Assembly: GCA_036488585.1 (NCBI GenBank)
Contig: DASXHH010000002.1
Location: 12-64,011 of the forward strand
DNA: 64,000 nucleotides
From: Candidatus Saccharimonadia bacterium
GTDB taxonomy: Bacteria > Patescibacteriota > Saccharimonadia > UBA4664
Reading direction: 5' to 3'
This document shows, one piece after another, positions 36,755-46,361 of this stretch. Made by a program: the position numbers and the translations under genes. Positions within the stretch are counted from its first letter, which is position 1, and each line of letters starts with the position of its first letter. The notes below the pieces were generated by a model. That model ran no database searches and was not told the origin of the DNA. It was given only the letters and a program-made list of their open reading frames with translations.

Positions 36755-37180
36755 ATGAGCAAACCAAGCCCGGTGGTGCATTTTGAAATGGGTTATAAAG
36801 ACCAAGGTCGAATGGTTAAGTTTTATGAGACGGCTTTTGGCTGGAAAACTGAGGCAATGGGAACCGATATGGGTAACTACGTGGTCGTTCACACCACCGA
36901 AACCGACAAAGATGGTATCGTACAAACCAAAGGGGCAATTAACGGCGGATTTTACCAAAAAACCGATGATCCTCTTAGCCAAGCTCCGTCGGTAGTAGTC
37001 TCTGTGGATGACATTCATGACGCCGTGAAGTCCGTAGAAGCGGCGGGCGGTAAGATCCTTGGTGGACTTGATCAAAAAGGTGAACATACAATGGAGCCGC
37101 AGATGATCCCTGGAGTTGGCTTATGGATTTCGGCAATGGACACAGAGGGTAATCGTTTCTCCATTCTGCAAGCTGCCTAG
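36755..37180 (+). CDS. VOC family protein (glyoxalase/bleomycin-resistance fold)
   Basis: 141 aa; 'VVHFEMGYKDQGRMVKFYETAFGWK' and second half-domain typical of VOC. Confidence 0.7.
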   Translation: MSKPSPVVHFEMGYKDQGRMVKFYETAFGWKTEAMGTDMGNYVVVHTTETDKDGIVQTKGAINGGFYQKTDDPLSQAPSVVVSVDDIHDAVKSVEAAGGKILGGLDQKGEHTMEPQMIPGVGLWISAMDTEGNRFSILQAA

Positions 37181-37319
37181 TTAAGTCAAGGTGAGACAAG
37201 ACACTTATATTTAAAAAGAGGCCGTTTAGGCTTCTTTTTGTCTCCCTCTTCGGTAAACAGGCCTACATATATTTCTGGCCGTAGGCTTTCTGAGGTCTTG
37301 TTTTTGTTACCATAGCGAC

Positions 37320-37796
37320 ATGAGTCTCAGAAAATACTTTCACTTCAAAAATTTGATGATGAATCGTATCCGCGAAAGTGAGATTGACGAGACGGTCAGT
37401 TTAATAAATCCCGCCTATGGCTACCAGGATCAAGCCAAAGGCAGAGCCAGGACCGACGCTGAGCATCTACGCAAGCGGGCAAGCGAGACTCATTTTTACG
37501 TCGTCAAAGATGGTGGCGGTATCGTCGGCTGCGTTTACGTTGAACCGAGTGGCGGCTCATTGCACTTTGGGCTACTGACACTCGCAGACCACTATCGTAA
37601 AACCGGGTTGGCACAGGCGATTATGAAGGCCATTGAGGACTTTGCGGGAGCCAACCGATATGAATCTTTGGAGCTCGACTATATGTCGTTGGCACCCTGG
37701 CTAAAGAAGTACTATGAACGGTACGGATTCATCGAGACCGGCGTGGTCATTAACTGGGGTTCAATAGACCTGATTCATATGTCCAAAAAGCTGTAG
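37320..37796 (+). CDS. GNAT family N-acetyltransferase
   Basis: 158 aa; 'HYRKTGLAQAIMKAIEDFAGANRYESLELD' acetyl-CoA binding motif A region. Confidence 0.7.
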   Translation: MSLRKYFHFKNLMMNRIRESEIDETVSLINPAYGYQDQAKGRARTDAEHLRKRASETHFYVVKDGGGIVGCVYVEPSGGSLHFGLLTLADHYRKTGLAQAIMKAIEDFAGANRYESLELDYMSLAPWLKKYYERYGFIETGVVINWGSIDLIHMSKKL

Positions 37797-37826
37797 TAAC
37801 CAAAGTTCTATACAGAAAGGAATGTA

Positions 37827-38222
37827 ATGAAGGAAGTAAAACTTAAGGTAACGATCAAGCGGCCAGCACATGAAGTCTTTAGTTTTACTCTTAATCCAGA
37901 CAACACACCAAAATGGATCGACGGCATAGTTAAGGAAGTAGCCGAACCACAGCCCGTCCGACTAGGGACGATCTTCAAAAATCATAGTGGTGATGGTCAA
38001 TGGGCAGAGTATGAGGTTACGGCTCTTGAGCCTGGCATCATGTTCGTTTTGAGCAGGCGCGACGGGGCTTACCACATAAAATACACGCTGACACCTAATA
38101 ATGGCCACACTGAGTTGGAGTATCTTGAGTGGACCGATGAAGGCGAATTGGACGCCCCATTTTCCCAGGATGCGCTAGATAAGCTCAAGCAAGTTATGGA
38201 GGCGCCACGCCCTCAATTCTAG
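37827..38222 (+). CDS. SRPBCC-family protein (polyketide cyclase/AHSA1-like fold)
   Basis: 131 aa; 'VTIKRPAHEVFSFTLNPDNTPKW' start typical of the family. Confidence 0.6.
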   Translation: MKEVKLKVTIKRPAHEVFSFTLNPDNTPKWIDGIVKEVAEPQPVRLGTIFKNHSGDGQWAEYEVTALEPGIMFVLSRRDGAYHIKYTLTPNNGHTELEYLEWTDEGELDAPFSQDALDKLKQVMEAPRPQF

Positions 38223-38268
38223 CTATAACACCGCGGACGTATCGCGGAGGATTAATTACAATGAAGTC

Positions 38269-38895
38269 ATGCGTATCATTGTTTTTGGAGCGACAGGAGG
38301 CACTGGGCGGGAGGTCGTCCGCCAGGGGCTAGCGGCTGGTCATTCTATAACTTCTTTTGTGCGCAACCCCGGAGCGGTAGTGACAGAACATGATCGTCTC
38401 AGTGTCGCGCAGGGTAATGTGGTGAACGCGCAGATGGTGGCTGAGGTGATCCGGGAGCACGACGTGGTGATCAGCGTTCTCGGTGTCAGGACCTCGCAGG
38501 CCTTGCGCGGAGATGGCACAATCATATCCGAAGGGGCGCGCAACATTGTCGGCGGCATGAAGCTGCACGGTGTTCGGCGTTTGCTGTTTGTGACTTCGTT
38601 TGGGGTGAGCGCGGACGTATTCTGGCCGGAGAAGCTGCTATTGAAGACTCTGCTCAAGAGGTTGTTTCAAGACAACCTGGCCCAAGAGGCCTTGATCCGT
38701 GAGAGTGGTCTAGACTGGACGATCGTCCGCCCGGCGCGGCTGACTTCCGGACCCGAGACTGGAGATTACAAGACTGGTGAGCACCTAATGATCGGCCCGT
38801 TTTCGCATATTGACCGTAGTGACGTGGCGGACTTTTTGGTCCGAAATGTTGAGAACCCTGATACCGTGCGCCGCACTCTTAATCTCAGCCGCTGA
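38269..38895 (+). CDS. NAD(P)H-binding (atypical SDR) oxidoreductase
   Basis: 'MRIIVFGATGGTGREVVRQ' Rossmann GxxGxxG motif; 208 aa. Confidence 0.75.
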   Translation: MRIIVFGATGGTGREVVRQGLAAGHSITSFVRNPGAVVTEHDRLSVAQGNVVNAQMVAEVIREHDVVISVLGVRTSQALRGDGTIISEGARNIVGGMKLHGVRRLLFVTSFGVSADVFWPEKLLLKTLLKRLFQDNLAQEALIRESGLDWTIVRPARLTSGPETGDYKTGEHLMIGPFSHIDRSDVADFLVRNVENPDTVRRTLNLSR

Positions 38896-39015
38896 TTCCG
38901 AGGCGTCTGACCGGGTCTTTGAAGTAATTGGCGTCGATGAGCATGGCGAAGCCCCCGGAGGGGCCCCGCACGATTGTGCATAGTTGGGACCCCTCGTGGG
39001 GGCGGGTTGGACTGG

Positions 39016-39786
39016 TCAGTCGCTGTTGGTGCGAATGTGAGGCAGGTTGAGGCCAGCCATCTCCATGGCTTTGGCGCCCTCGCCGGCCAGAGCACGCTCC
39101 TGGACGATCTGCCTGGTCCGGTGGAGGGTGGCGTCGTCGACGATGCGAGCGACGGCGTCCTTGATGTCGGTGAAGCCGAACTCATACGCGACCCGCTCGA
39201 TCTCGTCCATCGCCTGTATGTAGTACCTGAAGTCCTTGGCGGCTCGGACCTGGTCGAGCATGACCTTACGCAAGTCGTTCAGCCCCTTGAGGAGGGTGAA
39301 GGCGTTGCGGCAGATCATCTCGTCGCCCGGTGCCTGGACGCCCGAGTACTCGATGGCGATGCCGTCCTCGGCGTAGGTGCCGAAGTGCACCACGTCTTCG
39401 CCCGTCAGCAGGGTGGTTCCCAGCATCTGGGCGTAGCGGCTGAGCGGACCGACCGGCCCGGACAGCACCCAGGGCATGACGCCGTCGTCCAGCCTGCGCT
39501 TGGCGTTGGCGACTTCCCCGAACGGGCTCGGCCAGTCGCTGCCGATGTCGAAGGGCAGCTCATGGCCGGTACGAAGCCACCGGATGATCAGGTGGCCGGC
39601 GTTGCGGTTGAGCAGCCCGCGGTCGGCGAGCATGGTGACGACTACCTGGAGCGGCTCGAACACGAACACCTCGACGTTCCGGTCGGTGTAGAACCGCTCG
39701 CGGTCAGCCGGGAAGAACTTAGTCATGAGCTTGGCGTGGCCCCGCGCGCGGCGGTCGGGCACGTCGGCGGCAGATGCTCCGGTCAT
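39016..39786 (-). CDS. hypothetical protein (256 aa), no recognisable domain
   Basis: Long ORF with coding composition; convergent with SDR gene, divergent from HD-domain gene. Confidence 0.5.
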   Translation of the reverse strand: MTGASAADVPDRRARGHAKLMTKFFPADRERFYTDRNVEVFVFEPLQVVVTMLADRGLLNRNAGHLIIRWLRTGHELPFDIGSDWPSPFGEVANAKRRLDDGVMPWVLSGPVGPLSRYAQMLGTTLLTGEDVVHFGTYAEDGIAIEYSGVQAPGDEMICRNAFTLLKGLNDLRKVMLDQVRAAKDFRYYIQAMDEIERVAYEFGFTDIKDAVARIVDDATLHRTRQIVQERALAGEGAKAMEMAGLNLPHIRTNSD

Positions 39787-39930
39787 CCGGAGTCTCCTTT
39801 CAAGAGCGCCCGAAACGGGCGGCTACCCCAACGGTGAGCTCAAACATTTTGTACTATTTGCGCTTAAAAGTCAACTGGCACCATCTGAGACCCGAAGTCG
39901 GACGTTAGAACTATAGTTTATACTTGGGCC

Positions 39931-40548
39931 ATGAATAAACTAGAAAAAGCCCTTCTTGAAGCTAATGAACGTCAATATATTTCAGCTTCAAGTCCCCTCA
40001 AGAGCCATGGACCAGACCATCACTGGCGTGTCTATAAATATGCCCTCAAGCTCGCCGAAAAACTTGAGGTTAGCTACGATGCAGACGTATTAGCGGGTGC
40101 GGCATTGTTGCACGATATGGCGGCATATTATCCGGATAAGACGGGCGAGAATTATCACGACTTTGACCATCAAATTGCCGAGGAAGTTTTGCGTGGGATA
40201 GACTTCCCTTCCGCAAAAATTCCTGCTGTTCTCAACGCGATTGCCAATCATGGTTCAGACGCAAGATATAAGAAGGCCGATGAGCCAATTGAGACGACTC
40301 TTCTTCGGGATGCCGATAAGCTTGATGTGTTTGGACCGATAGGAGTTGCGAGAATTATCATGGTACGAACGTTAAAGGGCGACACTCTCGATGATATTGT
40401 GGCCGACTTTTACACTGGCGGACACTTGCAGCGGAAATGGGAAGCAATCACGACACCCGAAGCCCGAGAACTGGTTCGTGACGACTATGACTACTCGAGA
40501 CGATTCTTTGAACAATTAGCGAAGAGCCTTAGTACGGACGTAACCTAA
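39931..40548 (+). CDS. HD-domain metal-dependent phosphohydrolase
   Basis: 'HGPDHHW…LHDM…D' H…HD…D pattern; 205 aa. Confidence 0.65.
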   Translation: MNKLEKALLEANERQYISASSPLKSHGPDHHWRVYKYALKLAEKLEVSYDADVLAGAALLHDMAAYYPDKTGENYHDFDHQIAEEVLRGIDFPSAKIPAVLNAIANHGSDARYKKADEPIETTLLRDADKLDVFGPIGVARIIMVRTLKGDTLDDIVADFYTGGHLQRKWEAITTPEARELVRDDYDYSRRFFEQLAKSLSTDVT

Positions 40549-40551
40549 CTA

Positions 40552-41097
40552 ATGAGCAGGCATCTGATATATAAAATCGTGGAGGCAGATAAACACTGGG
40601 CAGATGAGTACCGGATGTTCTGCCAAAAAGCTTACCAAGCAGCATACCCACGGCCCGAACGAGGCGTAACGAAGGACTTATTCTCGGAAGCTATCTTCAA
40701 TAGCCCCAGGATTAAGACATACTTCAACGAGCTTCTATCGCCAAGCGAAAGTAACAAGTTTTGGCTGGCACTGGATGACAATAACCACATACTTGGCGGG
40801 GCCGGGGCCACCAATAAGGTTGACCACATAGAAATGCAGGCCTTCTATGTCTCAGAGAACCACCAAGGGCAGGGCATTGGCCGCGCGTTGTATGAAAAGG
40901 TTAAACGGTTTGCCGGTAAGCTTCCCATTGAGATAGAGGTCATAGAATACATGGAAGAGACTATTAAGACGTACGAGCATTGGGGCTTTAGGATTGATCC
41001 TTCGAGAGCCAAGGTGACGTATCCGTGGACAGAATGGCCGGATGACGCCATCGCAAGTTACCAAGCGATTCATATGGTTAGGCCTGTACCAAAATAG
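40552..41097 (+). CDS. GNAT family N-acetyltransferase
   Basis: 181 aa; 'QGQGIGRALYEKVKRFAG' motif A. Confidence 0.6.
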   Translation: MSRHLIYKIVEADKHWADEYRMFCQKAYQAAYPRPERGVTKDLFSEAIFNSPRIKTYFNELLSPSESNKFWLALDDNNHILGGAGATNKVDHIEMQAFYVSENHQGQGIGRALYEKVKRFAGKLPIEIEVIEYMEETIKTYEHWGFRIDPSRAKVTYPWTEWPDDAIASYQAIHMVRPVPK

Positions 41098-41209
41098 TTC
41101 TAACGTTCTCCGCTCGCGCTATGAAAGTACTTCTCCTGCGGCACGGGGTAAGTTTTGAGGTCCCGCGGCGCTGAAGCTGCGGGACCTCGGGATGGTTGAC
41201 GGTTGCGAC

Positions 41210-41593
41210 TCAGCGGCGTGGGTCGTTGGCGCCGCGGCAAATATGGCACACAACTTTGCCGGAGCCTCCACACGTGGAGCAGCCGGAATGGTTGTGGAGA
41301 CTTGGCGCCGGACACGGCTCCGTCCCGAAAGCGCAGCAGTTGTATGTCCGGGTCTCGGTTTCGGTCTCGGAGCGGCCCCCGAAGCTGCCTGCCGCACTGG
41401 CTGGCGGCCGGGGCTCTACCTGCGATGTCTTGGCCAGCGATATCAACAGGAAGATGAACCCGACGTATGGGATGAACCCGAGCAGGGCATACAGTCTCCC
41501 GGCACCGGCCCTGAGGGCGTGGATCAGGCAGACCACCGCCAGGAACCACTGGACTAGCACGACGATTTTAAATACCTGTGTCGAAGGATCCAT
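41210..41593 (-). CDS. small membrane protein with C-terminal DnaJ-type CxxCxGxG zinc-finger
   Basis: 127 aa; two TM helices; 'GCSTCGGSGKVVCHICRG' = CxxCxGxG-x3-CxxCxG; several overlapping alternative ORFs, so frame choice is uncertain. Confidence 0.4.
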   Translation of the reverse strand: MDPSTQVFKIVVLVQWFLAVVCLIHALRAGAGRLYALLGFIPYVGFIFLLISLAKTSQVEPRPPASAAGSFGGRSETETETRTYNCCAFGTEPCPAPSLHNHSGCSTCGGSGKVVCHICRGANDPRR

Positions 41594-41712
41594 TCTTTTC
41601 CCCTTACTCTTGGGGTACGCGGAATCGTCTCGGGGATTATAGCAAAATTACTTAACCCAAGCCATAATAATGAGCTAGGCCTAGCAGCTCTAACCTGGGG
41701 TATACTGAGGTC

Positions 41713-42024
41713 ATGGAAATGAAGATATTCAAGCGCGCGGCGATTAACGCATTATTGGCGTTTATCTATGTGACGGTCATAGGTTTGTTTATGTCGAATG
41801 CATCAAGCATCTTTGGGCGAAAAGATACGGCATTGACGCCGGTCGCAGTGCTCATGCTTTTAGTATTCTCGGCGGCGCTAATGGGCATTTTGGTGTTTGG
41901 CCAACCGGTGATGTGGTATATCGATGGGAAGAAGAAAGCAGCCCTAAATTTGTTGGGCTACACCATGGCGGCCCTTTTGTTATTGATGGTGCTGACGTTT
42001 GCAGCTCTGCTCGTTCTACGCTAG
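41713..42024 (+). CDS. hypothetical small membrane protein (3 TM)
   Basis: 103 aa, hydrophobic. Confidence 0.4.
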   Translation: MEMKIFKRAAINALLAFIYVTVIGLFMSNASSIFGRKDTALTPVAVLMLLVFSAALMGILVFGQPVMWYIDGKKKAALNLLGYTMAALLLLMVLTFAALLVLR

Positions 42025-42130
42025 CGCTTGTGTTATTCGCTTATGACTTGCACGTAAGAATTGGGTTAACGCTTCATCCGGGAGCACCGGCGACATTTCG
42101 GGTAACTAATAAAATAATATAAGAACAACG

Positions 42131-42676
42131 ATGAAAAGAGCTGTTTTGGTGGTTGCGCTGCTGGTTGCCATGGGGGCAGCAGCGTTTATGGCATACGCAA
42201 ACAACCGCAAACCTACGAGAAACACCATTACACCGGCGCCATCGGCGACGATGAGCACTTCGCCGAGGGTGGCCGAGTGTCAGACATCGGTCTTGGCGGC
42301 CACACTCACCAGTAGTGGCGGGGCTGCGGGTACTATTTATTACTCGCTGGCATTGAAGAACACGGGTGCCAAGACTTGCACCGAGCGCGGCTACCCGGGC
42401 GTTTCCCTGGTGGACGGCAGTGGCAGCATGCTAGGCCAACCTGCCACGCGCAACTCCTCGGTGACGCCGCAGACTATTACATTAAGCCCTGGCGCGTCGG
42501 TGTATGCGCAGGTGGGGGTTCCGAACGCGGGCAACTTCGGACCCGGCCAATGTTCGGCGAACTCGGCCGCACTGCGGGTTTACCCGCCAGACCAGACCCA
42601 ATACCTGCAAGTAAACGCACAACTGCAGTCCTGCCCGGGTTTCTCAACCACTGCTCTTTCGAGTACCCAACACTAA
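42131..42676 (+). CDS. DUF4232-like secreted protein
   Basis: 181 aa; signal anchor; 'CQTSVLAATLTSSGGAAGTIYYSLALKNTGAKTCTERGYPGVSLVD' matches the DUF4232 Cys-bracketed pattern common in Actinobacteria. Confidence 0.6.
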   Translation: MKRAVLVVALLVAMGAAAFMAYANNRKPTRNTITPAPSATMSTSPRVAECQTSVLAATLTSSGGAAGTIYYSLALKNTGAKTCTERGYPGVSLVDGSGSMLGQPATRNSSVTPQTITLSPGASVYAQVGVPNAGNFGPGQCSANSAALRVYPPDQTQYLQVNAQLQSCPGFSTTALSSTQH

Positions 42677-42687
42677 CCAACCGTAAG

Positions 42688-43011
42688 CTAGCGCCAGCGG
42701 CGGGGCCGGTAGGTTGGGTCACGATAGCGCTGGATATCGTGGAAAATTTTGAGGGCCGCAATGAGGCCGATCGGGATTTCGAGATCGTCCAAAAACGGGA
42801 GGCCGAAGGTGAACGGCGCGAGAGCATCGTTGAGGGCGGCGAAGGGTGCGTAGCCGGCAAATACCAGCAGCACCACCCGGAACAGCCCGAGTAAATGGAA
42901 CTTGTTGGCGTCGCGCAGCCAGAGCCGGGAGGCCTCCCAGAAGGTGCGCCGTGGCACACCTTCTGCATGTGAACCTGGACCGGTGCGGAGGCTGTGTTCG
43001 GATGTGGCCAT
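42688..43011 (-). CDS. DUF1232/YkvA-like small membrane protein
   Basis: 107 aa; 'PFLDDLEIPIGLIAAL' resembles the DUF1232 'IPDxxPxxGxxDD' core. Confidence 0.45.
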   Translation of the reverse strand: MATSEHSLRTGPGSHAEGVPRRTFWEASRLWLRDANKFHLLGLFRVVLLVFAGYAPFAALNDALAPFTFGLPFLDDLEIPIGLIAALKIFHDIQRYRDPTYRPRRWR

Positions 43012-43013
43012 AA

Positions 43014-43589
43014 CTAGATGACGTCCTCTCCATTGTCGTCGATCCGCTCGCCAAAGGCCGGCTCGGGCCGGGCGCCGGCAGTGCTTTCGGCTTCGGTGGT
43101 TTCTACGCCGGCAGCCGATTGAACGGCGGCGGTGACGGTGGCGGGCAGCTGCTCGTGCAGGAAGTCGGCCATGTCCTGCTCTTCACGGATTGTGTCATCG
43201 CACATCTGTACAATCTCGCGGTAGCCGAGCTCGGTGGCGGCTGTTTTAATGGTCTCGTACATGGCAATCTCGTAATGCTCGGCCGCGAAGTCGGCCATGG
43301 TGTGTTTCACCAATTTATCGGCACCTAGGCCGGTGGTCATGCCCTGGATTGTGCCCATAAAACTACCGGACGCGCCCTTCATGCCGGAGAGCTTGCCGCC
43401 GAGCGACTCGATGCCTTGCTCCAAGCGATCACATTGAGTGTTGGTTTCTTGGATGTGCTCCTCCAGGCGTGAGCGCAGATCCTCGAAGTCTTTGGCGTCA
43501 TCGAGTTGGCCTTCGAGAATTTTGTGCTGGGCTTTCTCCATGGCGTAGGCATCATTTAGCCGCGAAATGAGTTGTTCCTTCCCTGTCAT
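43014..43589 (-). CDS. ferritin-like domain protein (DUF892/YciE-YciF family)
   Basis: 191 aa, four-helix pattern with 'LNDAYAMEKAQ…LEEHIQETNTQ…' and second half repeat. Confidence 0.6.
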   Translation of the reverse strand: MTGKEQLISRLNDAYAMEKAQHKILEGQLDDAKDFEDLRSRLEEHIQETNTQCDRLEQGIESLGGKLSGMKGASGSFMGTIQGMTTGLGADKLVKHTMADFAAEHYEIAMYETIKTAATELGYREIVQMCDDTIREEQDMADFLHEQLPATVTAAVQSAAGVETTEAESTAGARPEPAFGERIDDNGEDVI

Positions 43590-43664
43590 CTGTATCCCCC
43601 ATTAACTTGCGGGGGTAATTGTCATATATATTGAGTGACCGCGGATCGGTCATAATCACATATC

Positions 43665-43988
43665 GTGTGTAAAATGATGATAATGAATAGCTTTACGGAC
43701 AGAGTGTATGACATTGTGGCGCAGATACCAGCCGGTAAGGTAGCGACATACGGTGATGTGGCGCGAATGGCCGGAACACCCGGTGCTTCGAGGGCCGTTG
43801 GTATGGCCATGAGTCATAACCGTAACACCGAGCGTGTGCCATGCCATCGAGTGGTAGGGTCAGACGGCAAAATGCACGGATACGCGTTTGGCGGCGAGGT
43901 CACTAAGCGCGAACTCTTGGCGAGTGAGGGTGTGGCAATGACGGGCGATCGGGTTGACCTGCGCCAGTCGCGATGGCAGCCGGAATAA
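43665..43988 (+). CDS. MGMT-family protein (methylated-DNA-protein-cysteine methyltransferase DNA-binding domain)
   Basis: 107 aa; 'ATYGDVARMAG…RAVGMAMSHN…VPCHRVV' with the PCHR active-site motif. Confidence 0.7.
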   Translation: MCKMMIMNSFTDRVYDIVAQIPAGKVATYGDVARMAGTPGASRAVGMAMSHNRNTERVPCHRVVGSDGKMHGYAFGGEVTKRELLASEGVAMTGDRVDLRQSRWQPE

Positions 43989-45373
43989 CGGCTGCAGGTG
44001 CTATAGTGGCTGCAATGGACAAGCAACACAAGCTGGTTTTAGTAGTTTGCATTCTGGCCTCGTTTGTGGCCTTTTTGGACGGTTCGGTCGTGAACGTGGC
44101 GCTGCCGGCAATTACGCGCGAGATCGGTGGAGGCTTGGCGGTGCAGCAATGGGTGGTGGATGCGTACGCGATTACGCTCGGCGCCTTGATGTTGATCGCG
44201 GGATCTTTTAGCGATCTGTTTGGTCGCAAACGGATTATGATTTGGGGATTACTGGGATTTGGCGTAACGAGCCTAGCTTGCGCTGTAGCTCCAAACGGCG
44301 GCACGCTAGTGGCAGCCCGGGCCGCGCAGGGTGTGGCGGGAGCGCTGCTGGTGCCGAGCTCGCTGGCCATGATTATCGCAACCTTCAAAGGCGAAGCGCA
44401 GGGCAAGGCCATCGGTACCTGGACGGCCTGGACCGGAATCGCGTTTGTAATTGGGCCGCTGCTGGGCGGTTTTTTGGTGGACGCGGCGTCGTGGCGGTTG
44501 GTGTTTGCGATCAACGTGCTGCCGATTGCGCTTAACCTCTGGCTACTCGGCAAGGTCGCGGTGGAAGAGAAAGTGAAGGCTGGCGCCCGCGTGGACGGGC
44601 TAGGGGCAGTACTAGGCGGGCTGGGGCTAGCGGGGCCCGTATTCGCACTAATAGAGCAGCCACGGCGGGGCTGGACAGATCCGGTGGTGTTGATTTGCCT
44701 GGTGGTGGGGCTAGTGATGCTGGCGGCGTTCTTATGGCACGAGCGGACAGCCAAAAACCCGATGTTACCACTGGAATTGTTTAAGATCCGGAACTTTAGC
44801 GTGGGCAATGTGGCAACCACGGCTATTTACGCCGGATTGTCGCTGGCTACGTTCGTGATTGTGGTGTTTGAGCAGCAAGTGGGCCACTTTTCGGCGCTGA
44901 TGGCCGGATTGTCGCTGCTGCCAGTGACAATCATTATGTTTTTCCTGTCGCCGAAATTCGGAGCGTTGGCGGGCAAGCACGGGCCACGGCTGTTTATGAC
45001 GGTGGGGCCAATACTAGGTGGCCTGGGCTTCTTGTGGATGGTGCGGGTGAACAGCGATGTGAACTATTGGACGCAACTTTTGCCAGGTGTACTAATGTTT
45101 GGCGTAGGTTTGTCGATGACGGTGGCACCGCTAACCGCAGCGGTACTGGGCCACATTCCGCCCGAGCATGCCGGTGTGGGCTCGGCGGTGAATAATGCCA
45201 TTTCGCGAATAGCGGGGCTGTTGGCGGTGGCCACGATTGGCTTAATAGCTGGGGCGCAATTGAACCTGGCTGGGTTTCACCGGGCGGCGGTGATAATGGC
45301 GGCGTTATTGATGGTGGGTGGACTAGTATCGGCTTTGGGAATTACCAACCGGGGATTGGCAACGACACAATAA
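43973..45373 (+). CDS. MFS transporter, 14-TM drug:H+ antiporter (DHA2/EmrB-like)
   Basis: 466 aa; 'LDGSVVNVALPAITREIGG' motif A region; 14 predicted helices. Confidence 0.8.
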   Translation: MAAGITAAGAIVAAMDKQHKLVLVVCILASFVAFLDGSVVNVALPAITREIGGGLAVQQWVVDAYAITLGALMLIAGSFSDLFGRKRIMIWGLLGFGVTSLACAVAPNGGTLVAARAAQGVAGALLVPSSLAMIIATFKGEAQGKAIGTWTAWTGIAFVIGPLLGGFLVDAASWRLVFAINVLPIALNLWLLGKVAVEEKVKAGARVDGLGAVLGGLGLAGPVFALIEQPRRGWTDPVVLICLVVGLVMLAAFLWHERTAKNPMLPLELFKIRNFSVGNVATTAIYAGLSLATFVIVVFEQQVGHFSALMAGLSLLPVTIIMFFLSPKFGALAGKHGPRLFMTVGPILGGLGFLWMVRVNSDVNYWTQLLPGVLMFGVGLSMTVAPLTAAVLGHIPPEHAGVGSAVNNAISRIAGLLAVATIGLIAGAQLNLAGFHRAAVIMAALLMVGGLVSALGITNRGLATTQ

Positions 45374-45422
45374 GCATAAGGGTTGTAACCAAACCAGCGG
45401 GGGCGTACAGTACGGTGTAACC

Positions 45423-45923
45423 ATGACTTCCCCTACTGCCCGCGACGAACAATTTATGCGGCTGGCACTGGACCAGGCGGAGTTGTCGCGGGAGCAGGGG
45501 GATTTCCCGTTTGGGGTGGTGATAACCTGGCGCGGGCGGGCGCTGGTGATCCAGCAGAACGGCGAAACCAGGGACGCCGACATTACTGCGCACGCAGAGA
45601 TGCTGGCGCTACGCGAGGCCTGCCGTCGATTGGCGCGCCGCGATTTGAGCGATTGTACGATTTACTCGTCGTGCGAGCCGTGCCCGATGTGCTCGGCCGC
45701 GATTTTTCAATCGAATATACCGCGAGTGGTATTCTCGCTATTTCGCGATGACTTGCCGCACATTTTCCGCAAGCGCAAGATCCGGATCGCTCAACTAGCG
45801 GAGGATTGGGACTACCGGCCGGAGGTGGTGGGTGGGTTACTGCGTGACGAGGCAGTCCAGCCGTTTGAGGGGCTAAAGTTGCCGCTGCGGGTAGTACCGC
45901 AGCATCACCGCACAGAAGTTTAA
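45423..45923 (+). CDS. CMP/dCMP-type zinc deaminase (tRNA adenosine or guanine deaminase-like)
   Basis: 'HAEMLALREA' and 'SCEPCPMC' zinc-binding motifs. Confidence 0.75.
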   Translation: MTSPTARDEQFMRLALDQAELSREQGDFPFGVVITWRGRALVIQQNGETRDADITAHAEMLALREACRRLARRDLSDCTIYSSCEPCPMCSAAIFQSNIPRVVFSLFRDDLPHIFRKRKIRIAQLAEDWDYRPEVVGGLLRDEAVQPFEGLKLPLRVVPQHHRTEV

Positions 45924-46022
45924 TCACATTTAGTGGCTGGCCCTCCTAGCTGGGCTGTTTCTTTTTGGCTTGGTGCCAAAATGCTTATGTTATAATCTAG
46001 CTAATTTCGAAGGTACGCAACT

Positions 46023-46319
46023 ATGAAATCCCAAGCCTTACTGCCCCAGATTGCCTACGAGAAGAACGCTGAGATTTATAAGGTAATGGCAAACCGAACT
46101 CGGCTGGCGATTTTGAATTTTGTGCGCGATGAGGAACATTCAGTGGAGGAGATTTCGCAGTATGCCGGCGCGCGCAAGGCCAACATTTCGCAGCACCTAG
46201 CGCTTCTGCGGCACTCAGGGCTGGTAACTGGCCGACGTGAGGGAACCAATGTGTACTACAAGATTATCGACCCGCGGATCGTAGAGCCGTGCCGGATATT
46301 GTACGGTATCTGGAGCTAG
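46023..46319 (+). CDS. ArsR/SmtB-family transcriptional regulator
   Basis: 98 aa; wHTH 'RTRLAILNFVRDEEHSVEEISQYAGARKANISQHLALLRHSGLV'. Confidence 0.75.
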   Translation: MKSQALLPQIAYEKNAEIYKVMANRTRLAILNFVRDEEHSVEEISQYAGARKANISQHLALLRHSGLVTGRREGTNVYYKIIDPRIVEPCRILYGIWS

Positions 46320-46361
46320 GCCCTATACGGGTCCGAAGTGTGTTAGACTACTGACTATCAA

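Noticed and set aside
37181-37319. Possible terminator or hairpins between VOC and GNAT genes (AAAAAGAGGCCGTTTAGGCTTCTTTTT)
   Set aside because: Stem complementarity is imperfect (AGAGGCC vs GGCTTCT); left unreported as a feature.
43903-44820. 305-aa minus-strand ORF antisense to the MFS transporter gene
   Set aside because: Low-complexity Ala/Pro/Ser/Thr-rich translation; antisense to a well-supported 14-TM transporter.
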